Below are positions 50,799 to 61,017 of a stretch of DNA of 64,000 bases, piece after piece (within the stretch, counting starts at the first letter, position 1; each line of letters starts with the position of its first letter). The notes beneath the pieces are model-generated. The model searched no databases. It was given only the letters and a program-made list of their open reading frames with translations, and was not told where the DNA came from. The translations under genes and the position numbers were made by a program. The DNA is from an uncultured Gammaproteobacteria bacterium (GTDB taxonomy: Bacteria; Patescibacteriota; Microgenomatia; Levybacterales; GWA1-39-11): assembly GCA_964425075.1 (NCBI GenBank), contig CAYRKM010000001.1, forward strand, positions 180,031 through 244,030, in the 5' to 3' direction.

Positions 50799-51770
50799 CT
50801 AGTCCTCGCGGCGTCCGTAGAGTTGTCGACCCGCGACCGCAGCGCCAGCCACAGCCGCAAAGCCGAGAAGCAGCCAGAGGCCACCGTTGCCACCATCCGA
50901 ACCGAGGAGACCAGCGTTACCGGACTTCGGCTCATTGGTGTTTCCAGCCCGGATCGCGACCGAGCTGTTGGCCTCAAAACCGTCGGACGCGCTGAACGTC
51001 GTCGGGTCCAGGTTGGACGAGGAGGGACTACTGACCGAGCTGATGCTCGACCTCTGCCTCTCCATATATGCCGCCGGGTTGTACCCAGCCGCTTTGCTCG
51101 TCGTCCAGTTGAGGTTCGTTGCCACGATCACGCCGGCCGGGGTGCCGAGGATCGTGTTGTTCGCGACGATCGCCGAGGGATGAAGCACACCCACGACGAA
51201 AGCCGAAGCGGGGCAGATCATGACGCACTTGCCGCTGGTTCGGGGATTGGCCATCGCGAACCCGTAGTGGGGCCCGAAGTAGCTGGAGCCACCGATCCAG
51301 AAAACGACCTCCACGTCGGTCCCGTTGACCATGCGAAGCTGGTCGAGCCGGGGTGCGGGACTGGCCCTCAGGCCGGTACCCATGTTGAAGTGGACCGGAT
51401 TCACCGTGCCGGCATCCATCACGCGCTCGTTCGTGCTCGCGAAGAACTTGACACCGAACCCATCGTCGGCCGCGTCGAAGGCCATCGGTTGGCTCTTCGG
51501 GCCGATCGCAGCAGTCGAAACGACCGAGGCGAAAGCCTGATGCTCGAGCTGCGGCGTTGTGATGCCAATGCTCGAAGCAGGACCTCCCTTCTCAGCAACC
51601 AGCCCAGTGTTGTCCGTCGTGACGTGGCCGACCGTGAGGCCCTTGCCAGTCGTCATCACCAACTGCTCCTTGGCCGAAGCCGAACCCGCGGTAGCGAGTC
51701 CGAGCGTCAGCACCAGAGCAATGGCAGCAGCCATGAGCCCGAGACGGGTCATCGCCTTTGACAGGATCAC
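50799..51770 (-). CDS. secreted protein with a C-terminal hydrophobic anchor, GC-rich island
   Basis: A likely GTG start at 51770 (GAGGAGGCAGGAG then GTGATCCTG) gives MILSKAMTRLGLMAAAIALVLTLGLATAGSASA, a near-identical cassette to 49679-50056 at both DNA and protein level. The C-terminus GGLWLLLGFAAVAGAAVAGRQLYGRRED is a hydrophobic stretch with a basic tail (sorting-signal-like). The track ORF extends to 51800. Confidence 0.5.
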   Translation of the reverse strand: MILSKAMTRLGLMAAAIALVLTLGLATAGSASAKEQLVMTTGKGLTVGHVTTDNTGLVAEKGGPASSIGITTPQLEHQAFASVVSTAAIGPKSQPMAFDAADDGFGVKFFASTNERVMDAGTVNPVHFNMGTGLRASPAPRLDQLRMVNGTDVEVVFWIGGSSYFGPHYGFAMANPRTSGKCVMICPASAFVVGVLHPSAIVANNTILGTPAGVIVATNLNWTTSKAAGYNPAAYMERQRSSISSVSSPSSSNLDPTTFSASDGFEANSSVAIRAGNTNEPKSGNAGLLGSDGGNGGLWLLLGFAAVAGAAVAGRQLYGRRED

Positions 51771-52426
51771 TCCTGCCTCCTCTCTGAAAGAGAACATCAC
51801 AGCGAAGCGTGTGCTAATCTATAAGCATCTCCTTTCTACGCACCTCAGCGCTGGACCGACAAGTGCCGATCTACTCAGCGCGACGGGGCGGGCTTTCCCA
51901 CGGAGGACTCCGTGAGTGAACCATCTCCGATCCTTTCTGTTAGGCTCTTTCGAACCTCTGATTGATTGCCCTCCTCTGCCAGGGCCTCCTTGTACTGCTC
52001 GAGCGTAGCTCCAAGGAGTCTTTGCAAGAGTTAAGCACTAATTTAGTGGCCATGGCCCTACAGACTGCAAAACGTTGTACGTGTTCGAGCGACCCGAAGG
52101 TCCACGACGCACAACGTTTCCACAAGTAGGAGGAGACGTGTGTCAATCTGTCTGACCATGGCCCTTCGAGAAACAAACTGACTTATTCCCCCAAAAGCCA
52201 CGGCCAAACATAAATAACCCACGACCTTACGGTCGGGGTTTTCTTGAACATTATAAAAAAATTCTAGATTTTCAGCCAATTTTCAATGTACTTAGAACCT
52301 GGTCATATTATTCTGCATGCAATACGCAGTAATTACGCCAAGTTAACTATGATTTGGATTATATTCTCACACTATATTATTTGCAATAATATTTAGTTTT
52401 TAAAAATTGAGGGAGACTGACTATTC

Positions 52427-54586
52427 TTAAGATGGTTTTCGGCCGTACCGTTCTTTTGAAAGTCGAATAACTGCTTCTCTATTGTCATTTTTTAAATTTG
52501 GTAATGGAAGGGTTTTAGCGGGAAATGGCATTGAACTCATTCCATCAATTGAAAGTTTTAGAACTATCTCGTGTTTTCCTAATGACACAAGGTCGTTTTG
52601 AGTATAAATTCCTGCATATTCCTGCTGCAATAACGCAGCATCCCCTGCCCCTGTTACAAATGAAATCAAAGTTCCTGCATTTCCAAAAATGGATTTTTGG
52701 ATGGTTACATCGAGCTGGTCTATGTATTGGTTAGCAAGAGTTATCGCAAGCCTATACTTTCTAGCCTCCGATAAAATCTTTATGAATGAGCTTGTTGCAA
52801 AATTCTGAAACTCATCGACATATAAGAAAAAGTCGCGTCTATCCTCTTCCTTCATAAAGGCTCTGTTCATAGCAGCAAGCTGGATTTGAGTAATAATCAT
52901 AGCTCCAAGAAGTGAGGCATTGTCCTCACCAAGTTTTCCTTGAGAAAGATTTAATAACAAAATTTTTCCTCCATTCATTATTTCCTCCAAATCAATTGTC
53001 GACTTAGGGCTCCCGATAATATTTCGTATCATCTTGGAACTAACAAATTGCCCTACTTTATTCTGAATTGGAGAAATAGCTTCAACTCTGAGTTTATCCG
53101 TCATTTTGTCAAATTCATTCTCCCAGAAATTACGTATCACAGGATCTGTAATTTGAGGAACCACTTTATTTCTGTATTCTTTCTCAGACAAAATACGTAA
53201 AGCATCAATTAATGTCGCATTTGGAATTTCAAGAAGAGAGAAAATTGTATTACGCAAAATATACTCCAAACGTGGTCCCCAACTGTCTGCATAAATTTTA
53301 CTAAAAATTGAAACAATTCCCGAGGCAATTAAATCCTTATGCTGCTTATTTTTAATTTCCAAAACATTCAAAGAAAAAGGCCTTTCGGTATCAAAAGGCT
53401 CAAGATACACCACGTCATTTAGCCGTCTTTTTGGAATATAATCTAAAACTGTTTCACAAAGGTCCCCATGAGGGTCAATTATCCCGATTCCCCTGCCTTT
53501 TCTTATGTCATCAATTGCCATATTTGCAATTAAGGTAGATTTTCCAGCACCTGTTTTTCCCATAATATATACATGCTTTCGTCTGTCCTCGTCTTTTATT
53601 CCAAAAATAGTACTTTGATTTTTAAATTCTGTTGCAGCAAAGAAATTAATATTTTTCTTCTCTTCCTCACTTACATTTATAGCGGTTGGGATATTCTCGG
53701 GTGGCTCTCCAGCAAGGGTTTTACCCCAAGAAATATTCTTAATTCCAGATAAGGCCTTGCCTGTCGGATGCCATAGGGTCGCAAGCTCTTGGGCATTTAA
53801 AATTTGACTGCGTCTCTCAAGAAGTCTTACTTTACGCTCCAACGTTCTTTTATAAAGTCCATTTTTATTCACAATTGGCCGTTTTAACTTAAAACTATTT
53901 CCCTCACCTGAGGCAAAACTTCCAAATGTCCCTGCAACATTTTGCAAAAGCGTTACGGGACTATGTGTGTCTGATGAGGTAATAATCCTAATAACTGCCT
54001 TCCCTCCTTGAAACTGTGTTTTTTGTGTTACAACTGATGCGGAAACGGAAGCTTCCTGTGCTTTTGTTCCATCAGAATTTAATTTTGGTTGGGTTGCAGA
54101 AATTGCATTTGATTGCCAGGGAAATGAAGCTGGCGACACCAAAATCTGAATGCCAATATTTACGTCTTGATCCTGCTTTGCAAGAAATCCAATAAGAGAA
54201 GACAGTGCATCAACTTCTGAAAAATCTTTATATGTTTTTATGGGGTAATAATAATATGAAGAAAGCACTAACTCACCTATTTCTTTGTGTTTTGATTTTG
54301 CAAAAACTTCCATGGGGTCAGTGGTTTCAAGCACTGCTGAGCGTGGATAAGACGAGGCCATAAGACTTGTCACAAATGCTTCGTGTTCCTTTGGAACTGT
54401 TATGTAAAAGTAAACGGTTTGGGAAAGCATGTAAATTTCAAACGAAACCACCCTTGGCTTTTTCAACATTCTTTTAAACAAACCAAAATAATTGGGTAGG
54501 AGAGCTGAAAAAATCTGAGTTGCAGCCTCAGCTGTGGTCTCATCATCTTTTGGCGTTTTGATGTGTAGATAGACAAGATCCTTCAT
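52427..54586 (-). CDS. P-loop ATPase of the TraG/VirD4/HerA-FtsK superfamily (coupling-protein-like), 719 aa
   Basis: Walker A YIMGKTGAGKSTLI, Walker B LYVDEFQNF and ARKYRLAITLANQYIDQL, like the TraG/VirD4 C-terminal R-x-G...Q..QL. There is no N-terminal TM segment; the N-terminal 330 aa is uncharacterised. Confidence 0.45.
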   Translation of the reverse strand: MKDLVYLHIKTPKDDETTAEAATQIFSALLPNYFGLFKRMLKKPRVVSFEIYMLSQTVYFYITVPKEHEAFVTSLMASSYPRSAVLETTDPMEVFAKSKHKEIGELVLSSYYYYPIKTYKDFSEVDALSSLIGFLAKQDQDVNIGIQILVSPASFPWQSNAISATQPKLNSDGTKAQEASVSASVVTQKTQFQGGKAVIRIITSSDTHSPVTLLQNVAGTFGSFASGEGNSFKLKRPIVNKNGLYKRTLERKVRLLERRSQILNAQELATLWHPTGKALSGIKNISWGKTLAGEPPENIPTAINVSEEEKKNINFFAATEFKNQSTIFGIKDEDRRKHVYIMGKTGAGKSTLIANMAIDDIRKGRGIGIIDPHGDLCETVLDYIPKRRLNDVVYLEPFDTERPFSLNVLEIKNKQHKDLIASGIVSIFSKIYADSWGPRLEYILRNTIFSLLEIPNATLIDALRILSEKEYRNKVVPQITDPVIRNFWENEFDKMTDKLRVEAISPIQNKVGQFVSSKMIRNIIGSPKSTIDLEEIMNGGKILLLNLSQGKLGEDNASLLGAMIITQIQLAAMNRAFMKEEDRRDFFLYVDEFQNFATSSFIKILSEARKYRLAITLANQYIDQLDVTIQKSIFGNAGTLISFVTGAGDAALLQQEYAGIYTQNDLVSLGKHEIVLKLSIDGMSSMPFPAKTLPLPNLKNDNREAVIRLSKERYGRKPS

Positions 54587-54677
54587 GTGATTTTAATTAT
54601 ACCCTAAAACTAAATTGATACATCGCTAAATTCTTGAATAATAAATTAATTCTTTTACCCTAAAGTGCAAATGTGGA

Positions 54678-56525
54678 TTATGAAACTTTTTTCGTAGAAA
54701 TTTTCTTAGTTCCCTTCATTATTGTTTCAAACTCTTCTCCTTCAAGTGTTTCTTTTTTAAGTAGAGTTTTTGCAACTTCATCAAGTTTTTTCCTATTTTG
54801 CTTTAATGCAACAGTTGCCCTCTTATGTCCTTCTTCTATAATTCTTCGTATCTCTCTGTCGATTGCGTTTTGCATATCATCTGATAAAGGTGTTGCCTCT
54901 TGATACATTCGCTGTGTCTCCTGATTTAGATTGATAGGACCCAGATTGCTCATTCCGTATTGAGCAACCATAGTTCTTGCAAGATCTGTAGCCTTTTCAA
55001 TATCATCAGACGCTCCAGTTGTGACATCAGTGAATATCAATTCTTCTGCTACTCTTCCGCCCAGCATTGTTGCAATTTGCTCAAGAAGCCTCGTCTTTGT
55101 TTCATGAACTCTATCAAATCTTGGAGGTATTAAAGTATGACCCAAAGATAATCCCCGACCAACTATTGAAATCCTATGAACTGGGTCAGCATTTGGCATG
55201 GCGTATGAGACAATTGCATGACCTGATTCGTGATAAGCAGTAATTGTTTTGTCTTCCTCACTTTGAAGTCTTTTCTTTTCAGGACCAAGCTTGACTTTCG
55301 TTGCAGCTTCCTCTATCTCAACCATGTCGATGCTTTTTTTATTTCCTCGTGCTGCCAAAATTGCAGCCTCATTTAACATGTTTTCAAGGTCTGCTCCCGT
55401 AAAACCAACAGTTCTCCTAGCAACTCCTTCCCACTTTACATCCTTCCCAAATGGTTTTCCTTTTGCGTGAATCTGTAAAATTTCACGCCTACCTTCGATA
55501 TCTGGGTATGAAACCACGACTCTTCTATCAAATCTTCCGGGGCGCACTAAGGCAGGGTCTAAAATATCTGGCCTATTTGTTGCAGCAATCACAACTAACT
55601 GCTCTGTTGGAGTAAATCCATCCATTTCAACCAAAATCTGATTTAGGGTTTGTTCTCTTTCATCATGTCCTCCCATCATTCCGCCTCCACGTTGGCGTCC
55701 AATGGCATCTATCTCATCTATAAAAATTATTGCAGGTTGAGCCTTTTTCGCATTTAGAAAAAGGTCTCTTGCTCTAGCTGCTCCAACCCCTACTAACATT
55801 TCCATAAATTCACTTCCTGCAATTGAGAAAAATGCCACCCTTGCTTCTCCCGCTACAGCTCTAGCAAGTAAGGTTTTTCCTGTTCCTGAAGGACCTACGA
55901 GAAGTACTCCTTTTGGCGCACGGGCTCCCATTTGATGATATTTCTGAGGGTTTTTCAAGAAATCTACAATCTCAGTAAGCTCTTGCTTGGCTTCATCAAC
56001 CCCAGCAACATCCTTAAATGTTACTTTGGGAAAAACTTTGCTAAATGCCTTTGCTTTGTTAGATCCGAATGAAAAAATATTTTCCTGATTTCCTTTTGCT
56101 TGTCTAAAAATAAAATAGAAAAAACCAATTATTAAAAGCACTGGCAAAAAATTAACCAAAATTCCAATAACGGTATTAACTCCTGAAGAGTCCTTTATGG
56201 TTATTTTTACTTTTGAAGAATCAACTTTTGCGTTATTCAAAACCTCGTAGAAAGAAGAGTTGGCTTCCTGGCGACTTACAACTTTTTTACCATCTTTGTA
56301 GGAAACTTCAAGTTTTGATTCAGAAACAACAACCTCATTTACCTTATTTTGCTTGATATCTGATACTACCTGAGAAAGAGGAACCTGCACTTCTTTGGAA
56401 ATATTTGAGAAGTCATTTATTCCAATTGTTATAAAAAGCAAAAAAAGAAGTAAAAATCCATACAAAAAAAGATCTTTCCAACCCAAACGAAATTTATTTT
56501 TTTTACCCTTTTTGTTAATTTTCAT
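54678..56525 (-). CDS. ftsH: ATP-dependent zinc metalloprotease FtsH
   Basis: Two N-terminal TM helices, the AAA module ([23 protein letters not shown], Walker [15 protein letters not shown]) and the HESGHAIV HExxH protease site. Confidence 0.95.
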   Translation of the reverse strand: MKINKKGKKNKFRLGWKDLFLYGFLLLFLLFITIGINDFSNISKEVQVPLSQVVSDIKQNKVNEVVVSESKLEVSYKDGKKVVSRQEANSSFYEVLNNAKVDSSKVKITIKDSSGVNTVIGILVNFLPVLLIIGFFYFIFRQAKGNQENIFSFGSNKAKAFSKVFPKVTFKDVAGVDEAKQELTEIVDFLKNPQKYHQMGARAPKGVLLVGPSGTGKTLLARAVAGEARVAFFSIAGSEFMEMLVGVGAARARDLFLNAKKAQPAIIFIDEIDAIGRQRGGGMMGGHDEREQTLNQILVEMDGFTPTEQLVVIAATNRPDILDPALVRPGRFDRRVVVSYPDIEGRREILQIHAKGKPFGKDVKWEGVARRTVGFTGADLENMLNEAAILAARGNKKSIDMVEIEEAATKVKLGPEKKRLQSEEDKTITAYHESGHAIVSYAMPNADPVHRISIVGRGLSLGHTLIPPRFDRVHETKTRLLEQIATMLGGRVAEELIFTDVTTGASDDIEKATDLARTMVAQYGMSNLGPINLNQETQRMYQEATPLSDDMQNAIDREIRRIIEEGHKRATVALKQNRKKLDEVAKTLLKKETLEGEEFETIMKGTKKISTKKVS

Positions 56526-56612
56526 CTTATCCTGCCAAGGGGAACTTGGAGCTTCTCTTCGACCCTATTTCGGGGAAATTATAACACAGAAATGTGCTTA
56601 ATGCGAGCTTAT

Positions 56613-56840
56613 TTACCTCACTGGATGGTATCCACCTTTTGAAAATGGATGGCAACTCATTACTCGCTTAGTACCCATCATTACTCCCTTAAAAACTCCA
56701 TATTTCTCGACAGCTTCTAGCATATACTCCGAACATGTAGGCGTAAATTTACAGGCATTCTGAACCCCTAATGCCCTATGTAAAATAGGCGAAACTATAT
56801 TCCGATAAAACTTTATTATTTGTAAAACAAATGTTTTCAT
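56613..56840 (-). CDS. yidD: membrane protein insertion efficiency factor YidD
   Basis: IIKFYRNIVSPILHRALGVQNACKFTPTCSEYMLEAVEKYG is the YidD/haemolytic-domain signature. The start is taken at the internal Met, giving a 4-nt overlap with the upstream acylphosphatase gene. Confidence 0.8.
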   Translation of the reverse strand: MKTFVLQIIKFYRNIVSPILHRALGVQNACKFTPTCSEYMLEAVEKYGVFKGVMMGTKRVMSCHPFSKGGYHPVR

Positions 56841-57115
56841 ATTGTTGCTTCTTTTTTGAATTCCTCGTGTCTGGTGTTTATATCCTCCCAATCAACAACT
56901 ACGTCAGTTGTTTTGGCAAAAAATGAACCACGACGACAAAATGCAATTAGCTTTAAAATATCTTCTTTTTCACCCTGAAACACTGCCTCAACTCTTCCAT
57001 CAGTTAGATTTCTAACCCATCCTTTAATTCCCATTTTTCGTGCTTTTGAGCGAACATAATTTCGAAATCCTACACCCTGCACAAATCCTGAAATATATAC
57101 GTGAGCCTGTTTCAT
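56837..57115 (-). CDS. acyP: acylphosphatase
   Basis: VYISGFVQGVGFRNYV...GIKGWVRNLTDGRVEAVFQG is the acylphosphatase signature 1/2. Confidence 0.85.
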   Translation of the reverse strand: MKQAHVYISGFVQGVGFRNYVRSKARKMGIKGWVRNLTDGRVEAVFQGEKEDILKLIAFCRRGSFFAKTTDVVVDWEDINTRHEEFKKEATI

Positions 57116-57210
57116 AATTTAGTAGTTGGTAGCAGGCAGTAAGTAGTAAGGTATAGATAACAAATAATTCTTTATTACACTTGCTACCCTCTACTTTCTA
57201 CCTTCTACTA

Positions 57211-58191
57211 TTATTTAAGTCCCATTTTCTCTCTAACTTCAACAAGTGTTTGGGATGCTACAACTCGAGCTTTCTTGGCTCCCTCTTTAATTACTTTATT
57301 AACGTATTCTGAGTCTTGTTCAAGTTCACGTCTTTTTTCCTGGATTGGTTTAAGTTCATTAAAAATTGCTTCTGAGAGTTCGGACTTTATTTCTCCATAT
57401 CTTACACCTGTTGTTTTGTATTTTGACTCAAAATCATTCCTTTTTTCTTTACCTTGAAATAACTCAACTAAATCAAACAGGGATTTTACTCCACCAACAA
57501 CTTCATTTCCCTGACCGCCATCAGTTGGAATTTTTGCAATTTTTGCCTTAATTGTTTCCAAATCATCGGTTAAATTAATATATGACCCCTCAACTGACTT
57601 ACTCATCTTCCCATCTCCTGTTAAAGAGGGAACGTATTCTCCTTTTGTTGCAAATCTTTTAGGTTCTGGGAAATCGGTCCCATAATCGTTATTAAACCGT
57701 CTGGCAATTTCTCGAGCTATCTCTAAATGTGGCTCCTGATCAATTCCGACCGGAACAAGTGAGGCTTTATAAACCAAAATGTCTGCTGCCATAAGTGCTG
57801 GATAATTAAGTAGGGCCAATGTTGCGTGCTCTGGATATTGTTTTACCTTCTCTTTAAATGTAGGAAGATGCTGCATTTTGGCAATTGTTATAACTGAGGA
57901 AAAATAAAATGCCAATTCCAAATGCTCATTGACCTCAGATTGAAGAAAAATCACAGATTTTTCAGGATCAAGCCCTGCAGCTAAATAATCCAAAACTACC
58001 TCGCGTCTATTTTTTCTGAGTTCTTCTATATTGTATGGAGTAGTAATCGTATGAACATCTGCCACCATGTAAAATGTCTCATACTCAGGATTCTCTTGTA
58101 GTGTCATCATGCCCTTTACAGCTCCGAGATAGTTACCTAAGTGGAGTCTCCCTGTTGCTCTAATGCCTGACAAAACTCTTCTTTTAGTCAT
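57211..58191 (-). CDS. trpS: tryptophanyl-tRNA synthetase
   Basis: Class I HIGH-type motif (SGIRATGRLHLGNYLGAV) and KMSKS; TrpRS-like length and spacing. Confidence 0.85.
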   Translation of the reverse strand: MTKRRVLSGIRATGRLHLGNYLGAVKGMMTLQENPEYETFYMVADVHTITTPYNIEELRKNRREVVLDYLAAGLDPEKSVIFLQSEVNEHLELAFYFSSVITIAKMQHLPTFKEKVKQYPEHATLALLNYPALMAADILVYKASLVPVGIDQEPHLEIAREIARRFNNDYGTDFPEPKRFATKGEYVPSLTGDGKMSKSVEGSYINLTDDLETIKAKIAKIPTDGGQGNEVVGGVKSLFDLVELFQGKEKRNDFESKYKTTGVRYGEIKSELSEAIFNELKPIQEKRRELEQDSEYVNKVIKEGAKKARVVASQTLVEVREKMGLK

Positions 58192-58284
58192 AATTATTCT
58201 CCTTTGTTAAAAAAGTAAACTCTCCTTTTTATACGTATAGTTTAACATTTTAACTTTAAATACAAAATGGTGCTCTTTTATACG

Positions 58285-58488
58285 TTATTCACCTTGATGC
58301 AATTGTGACTCAGGCAATATAGTAAGCTCCACTCCCCCATCCAAATAAATCCCGTACGCATGCACTCCAATATCTCGTCGCATTGCTGCTAAGGAATGAT
58401 CTGGAAGGCCTTGAATTCTCTCCCTTACCATGCGTGCATTTTCCATTAATCGAGCTCTATTATCTGCTTCATTAAATATTTCTGCCAT
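58285..58488 (-). CDS. small hypothetical protein (67 aa)
   Basis: AAGGAGG Shine-Dalgarno 7 nt upstream of the ATG at 58488 (MAEIFNEADN...). It is preceded by a hairpin plus T6 terminator-like structure at 58513-58556. Confidence 0.45.
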   Translation of the reverse strand: MAEIFNEADNRARLMENARMVRERIQGLPDHSLAAMRRDIGVHAYGIYLDGGVELTILPESQLHQGE

Positions 58489-58764
58489 AAATACCTCCTT
58501 TCCCACTAAAAAACCCTTGTAAATCCCTAAAAATATTTTAGAAACTTACAAGGGCCTACAAATTGGCGGTGCCACCTTGCTTTTTACTTTTCTTGACGAG
58601 CTCCGCTTTTCGCCTGCACTGAGCAAACGAAGTGACACTCGTTACGATCTTTTACAGTTTTGTCTCTGTAGGCTATTTAGACCTCAGCGTGGGATGTACC
58701 GACATAGTACCTCCCGAATTGGTTCCATCCCTCCAATTCAACGCTTTATAGTTGTTTATTATAC

Positions 58765-60171
58765 CTAATTCTTAAGAGTTGTCAATTTCTTAACCGCTTG
58801 CTTAAACTCTTCCCCACGATGTTTGTAATTTTTGAACATATCAAAACTTGAACATGCAGGTGAAAGAAGCACAACATCTCCAATTTCTCCGACTTCAGCA
58901 CACTTTTCAACTATTTCCTTCATATTTTTACAATCTTCAATAAATAAGAGTTTTTTGTTGTAAATTTTGTCCTTAATTTGCGGCCATTCCACACCAATAC
59001 CAATTATTGCTTTTATATTTTTAGCCTCAGATATTACTTTTCCAAGCTCAGTAAAATTACTTTTCTTGCTTGCTCCCCCAAGAATAAGAATCTCAGGCTC
59101 GGAAAATGCCTCAATTGCAGCAATCGCGGTCTCTGGAGTTGTAGAAAATGAATCATCAAAATATTTAACACCTCTTACTGTGTCTACATATTCAATCCTG
59201 TGCTCAAGCCCTTTAAATGACTTCAAAACAGGAATGATGGAGGTCATAGTTGCACCAGCGCAAAGGGAAGCAACTATTGCTGCGCAAACATTTTCTAAAT
59301 TATGCCGTCCGGGAAGGGCAATTTCTTTTGTGGAAAGAATTTCTTCTTCGTCTCCATGCATTTTTAGCACAATTTTGTCTTCCTTCACAAAACACCCTTG
59401 CTCCACATCTTGCTCTCTGCTTACTTTATAAATTTTTGCCTCAGTATGAATATCACTTTCATTACTCGCAGGATAATCCCTATTTAGAATTGCAAAATCT
59501 GAAGCAGATTGGTATTTAAGAATATTTCGTTTTGCATCAACATAATCATAAACATCTGCATGAAAATTTTGATAAGAGCCTTCGGCCTTATCTGGGGCAA
59601 GATGCTCTTGGGTAGTCATCAAAAATACTGCTACGTGAGGACTTTGAGTGAGATCTTGAAGCTGAAAACTTGATAATTCCAATACAGCTTTTGAGTCTTT
59701 TGTAAGTTTTGCAAGAAAAGACAAAGGAGGAATTCCAATATTTCCCCCTAAATATGCGTCCATACCCTCTTTTTGAAGCATTTCATATATTAAAGTTGAG
59801 GTCGTGCCCTTACCCTTTGTACCCGTAACTCCAATAATTGGACATGGACAGAGTTCAAAAAAGAGTTTTGTAGCGGATGTTACCTCAATTCCTTTTTCTT
59901 GTGCATCCTGAAGGAGTTTATGATTAGGATGAAAACCTGGAGAACGGAAAACAATGTCAAATCCTTCCAAATTTGCGATTTTACCGAATTTAAATACTAT
60001 ACCCCTATCTTTGCAGGAATTTATAGTTTCTATGTCAAATTTGGCGCTTTCCTGCTCGTCTAGGACTGTTATTTTTGCTGACACCGTTGATAAATAGTCA
60101 ACAACGCTTTGTCCTTCTACGCCAAACCCTAAAATAGCAATTTTCTTATTTGTAAAATTTTCCATATTCAT
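58765..60171 (-). CDS. murD: UDP-N-acetylmuramoylalanine--D-glutamate ligase MurD
   Basis: N-terminal Rossmann domain (IAILGFGVEGQS), the Mur-ligase P-loop GVTGTKGKGTTSTLIYEML, and a C-terminal domain. Confidence 0.85.
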   Translation of the reverse strand: MNMENFTNKKIAILGFGVEGQSVVDYLSTVSAKITVLDEQESAKFDIETINSCKDRGIVFKFGKIANLEGFDIVFRSPGFHPNHKLLQDAQEKGIEVTSATKLFFELCPCPIIGVTGTKGKGTTSTLIYEMLQKEGMDAYLGGNIGIPPLSFLAKLTKDSKAVLELSSFQLQDLTQSPHVAVFLMTTQEHLAPDKAEGSYQNFHADVYDYVDAKRNILKYQSASDFAILNRDYPASNESDIHTEAKIYKVSREQDVEQGCFVKEDKIVLKMHGDEEEILSTKEIALPGRHNLENVCAAIVASLCAGATMTSIIPVLKSFKGLEHRIEYVDTVRGVKYFDDSFSTTPETAIAAIEAFSEPEILILGGASKKSNFTELGKVISEAKNIKAIIGIGVEWPQIKDKIYNKKLLFIEDCKNMKEIVEKCAEVGEIGDVVLLSPACSSFDMFKNYKHRGEEFKQAVKKLTTLKN

Positions 60172-60211
60172 TATGAAAACAAGCTTTACTTATATTTTTG
60201 TCTTTTAATTC

Positions 60212-61003
60212 TTAAAATATGTGTATCTGCTCTACTCTTTCAAGTTTTTGATTCATTAATTTCTCAGCCACACTTCGAAACTTTTCAGCCTTACCTGTAG
60301 TATAGTACCTATTTTCCCCTTTTTCATTTGCAAGAGATCCATTGTTTCGTAAAATCTCTCTTGTTCTTCTGGCGATTGCGGCACCTGAATCAACTACAAA
60401 TACCTTTGGTCCTACGATTTCTTGAATTTTCTCACTCAAAAATGGGTAATGAGTACAACCCAAGGCAATCGCATCTACTCCATTATTTACTAAGGGTTTC
60501 AAATTTAAATTCAAAACGCCCTCAATTTCTTTTCCTTCAATTATGCCCTTATCAACAAGCTCCTCAAGTCCGGTTCCACCAATTTTTAAAACCGTGATAT
60601 TAGGCGCAAATTTTTTAATTAAGTCGTTGATATATTTGCTTTTTGCAGTTGCAGGAGTTGAGAAAACCGCAGTTTTGCCACTTTTTGTAATTTTTGCCAA
60701 AGTTTTTACCACCGGAACTGTCCCAATAATTGGGATTTGAAAGTGTTTTCTTGTCTCGTCAATCGTACAAACAGTAGCGGTGTTGCAGGCAATAATAACG
60801 GCTTTAACATCTTGCTTTATGAAAAAATCCATTATTTTACCCACTCTCCTTACAAGCTCTTCTTTTGTTTTACTACCATAAGGAGCATATACTTGGTCAC
60901 CAAGATAAATAAAACTTTCGTTGGGAAGTAGTTTTTGAACTTCTAAAAGAACCGATAATCCACCGACACCGGAGTCAAAAATGCCAATTGGTCTGTCATC
61001 CAT
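60212..61003 (-). CDS. murI: glutamate racemase MurI
   Basis: IGIFDSGVGGLSV, the catalytic Cys motifs ACNTAT and GCTHYP. Confidence 0.9.
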   Translation of the reverse strand: MDDRPIGIFDSGVGGLSVLLEVQKLLPNESFIYLGDQVYAPYGSKTKEELVRRVGKIMDFFIKQDVKAVIIACNTATVCTIDETRKHFQIPIIGTVPVVKTLAKITKSGKTAVFSTPATAKSKYINDLIKKFAPNITVLKIGGTGLEELVDKGIIEGKEIEGVLNLNLKPLVNNGVDAIALGCTHYPFLSEKIQEIVGPKVFVVDSGAAIARRTREILRNNGSLANEKGENRYYTTGKAEKFRSVAEKLMNQKLERVEQIHIF

Positions 61004-61017
61004 GGGGTTTTTTGTGT

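Noticed and set aside
50420-51761. Long + strand ORFs (50420-50995, 191 aa; 50556-51761, 401 aa) that are very Arg/Pro/Gly-rich
   Set aside because: These are typical spurious open frames on the antisense strand of high-GC DNA. They overlap the better-supported minus-strand secreted-protein gene, which has an RBS and a signal peptide, and the hairpin field.
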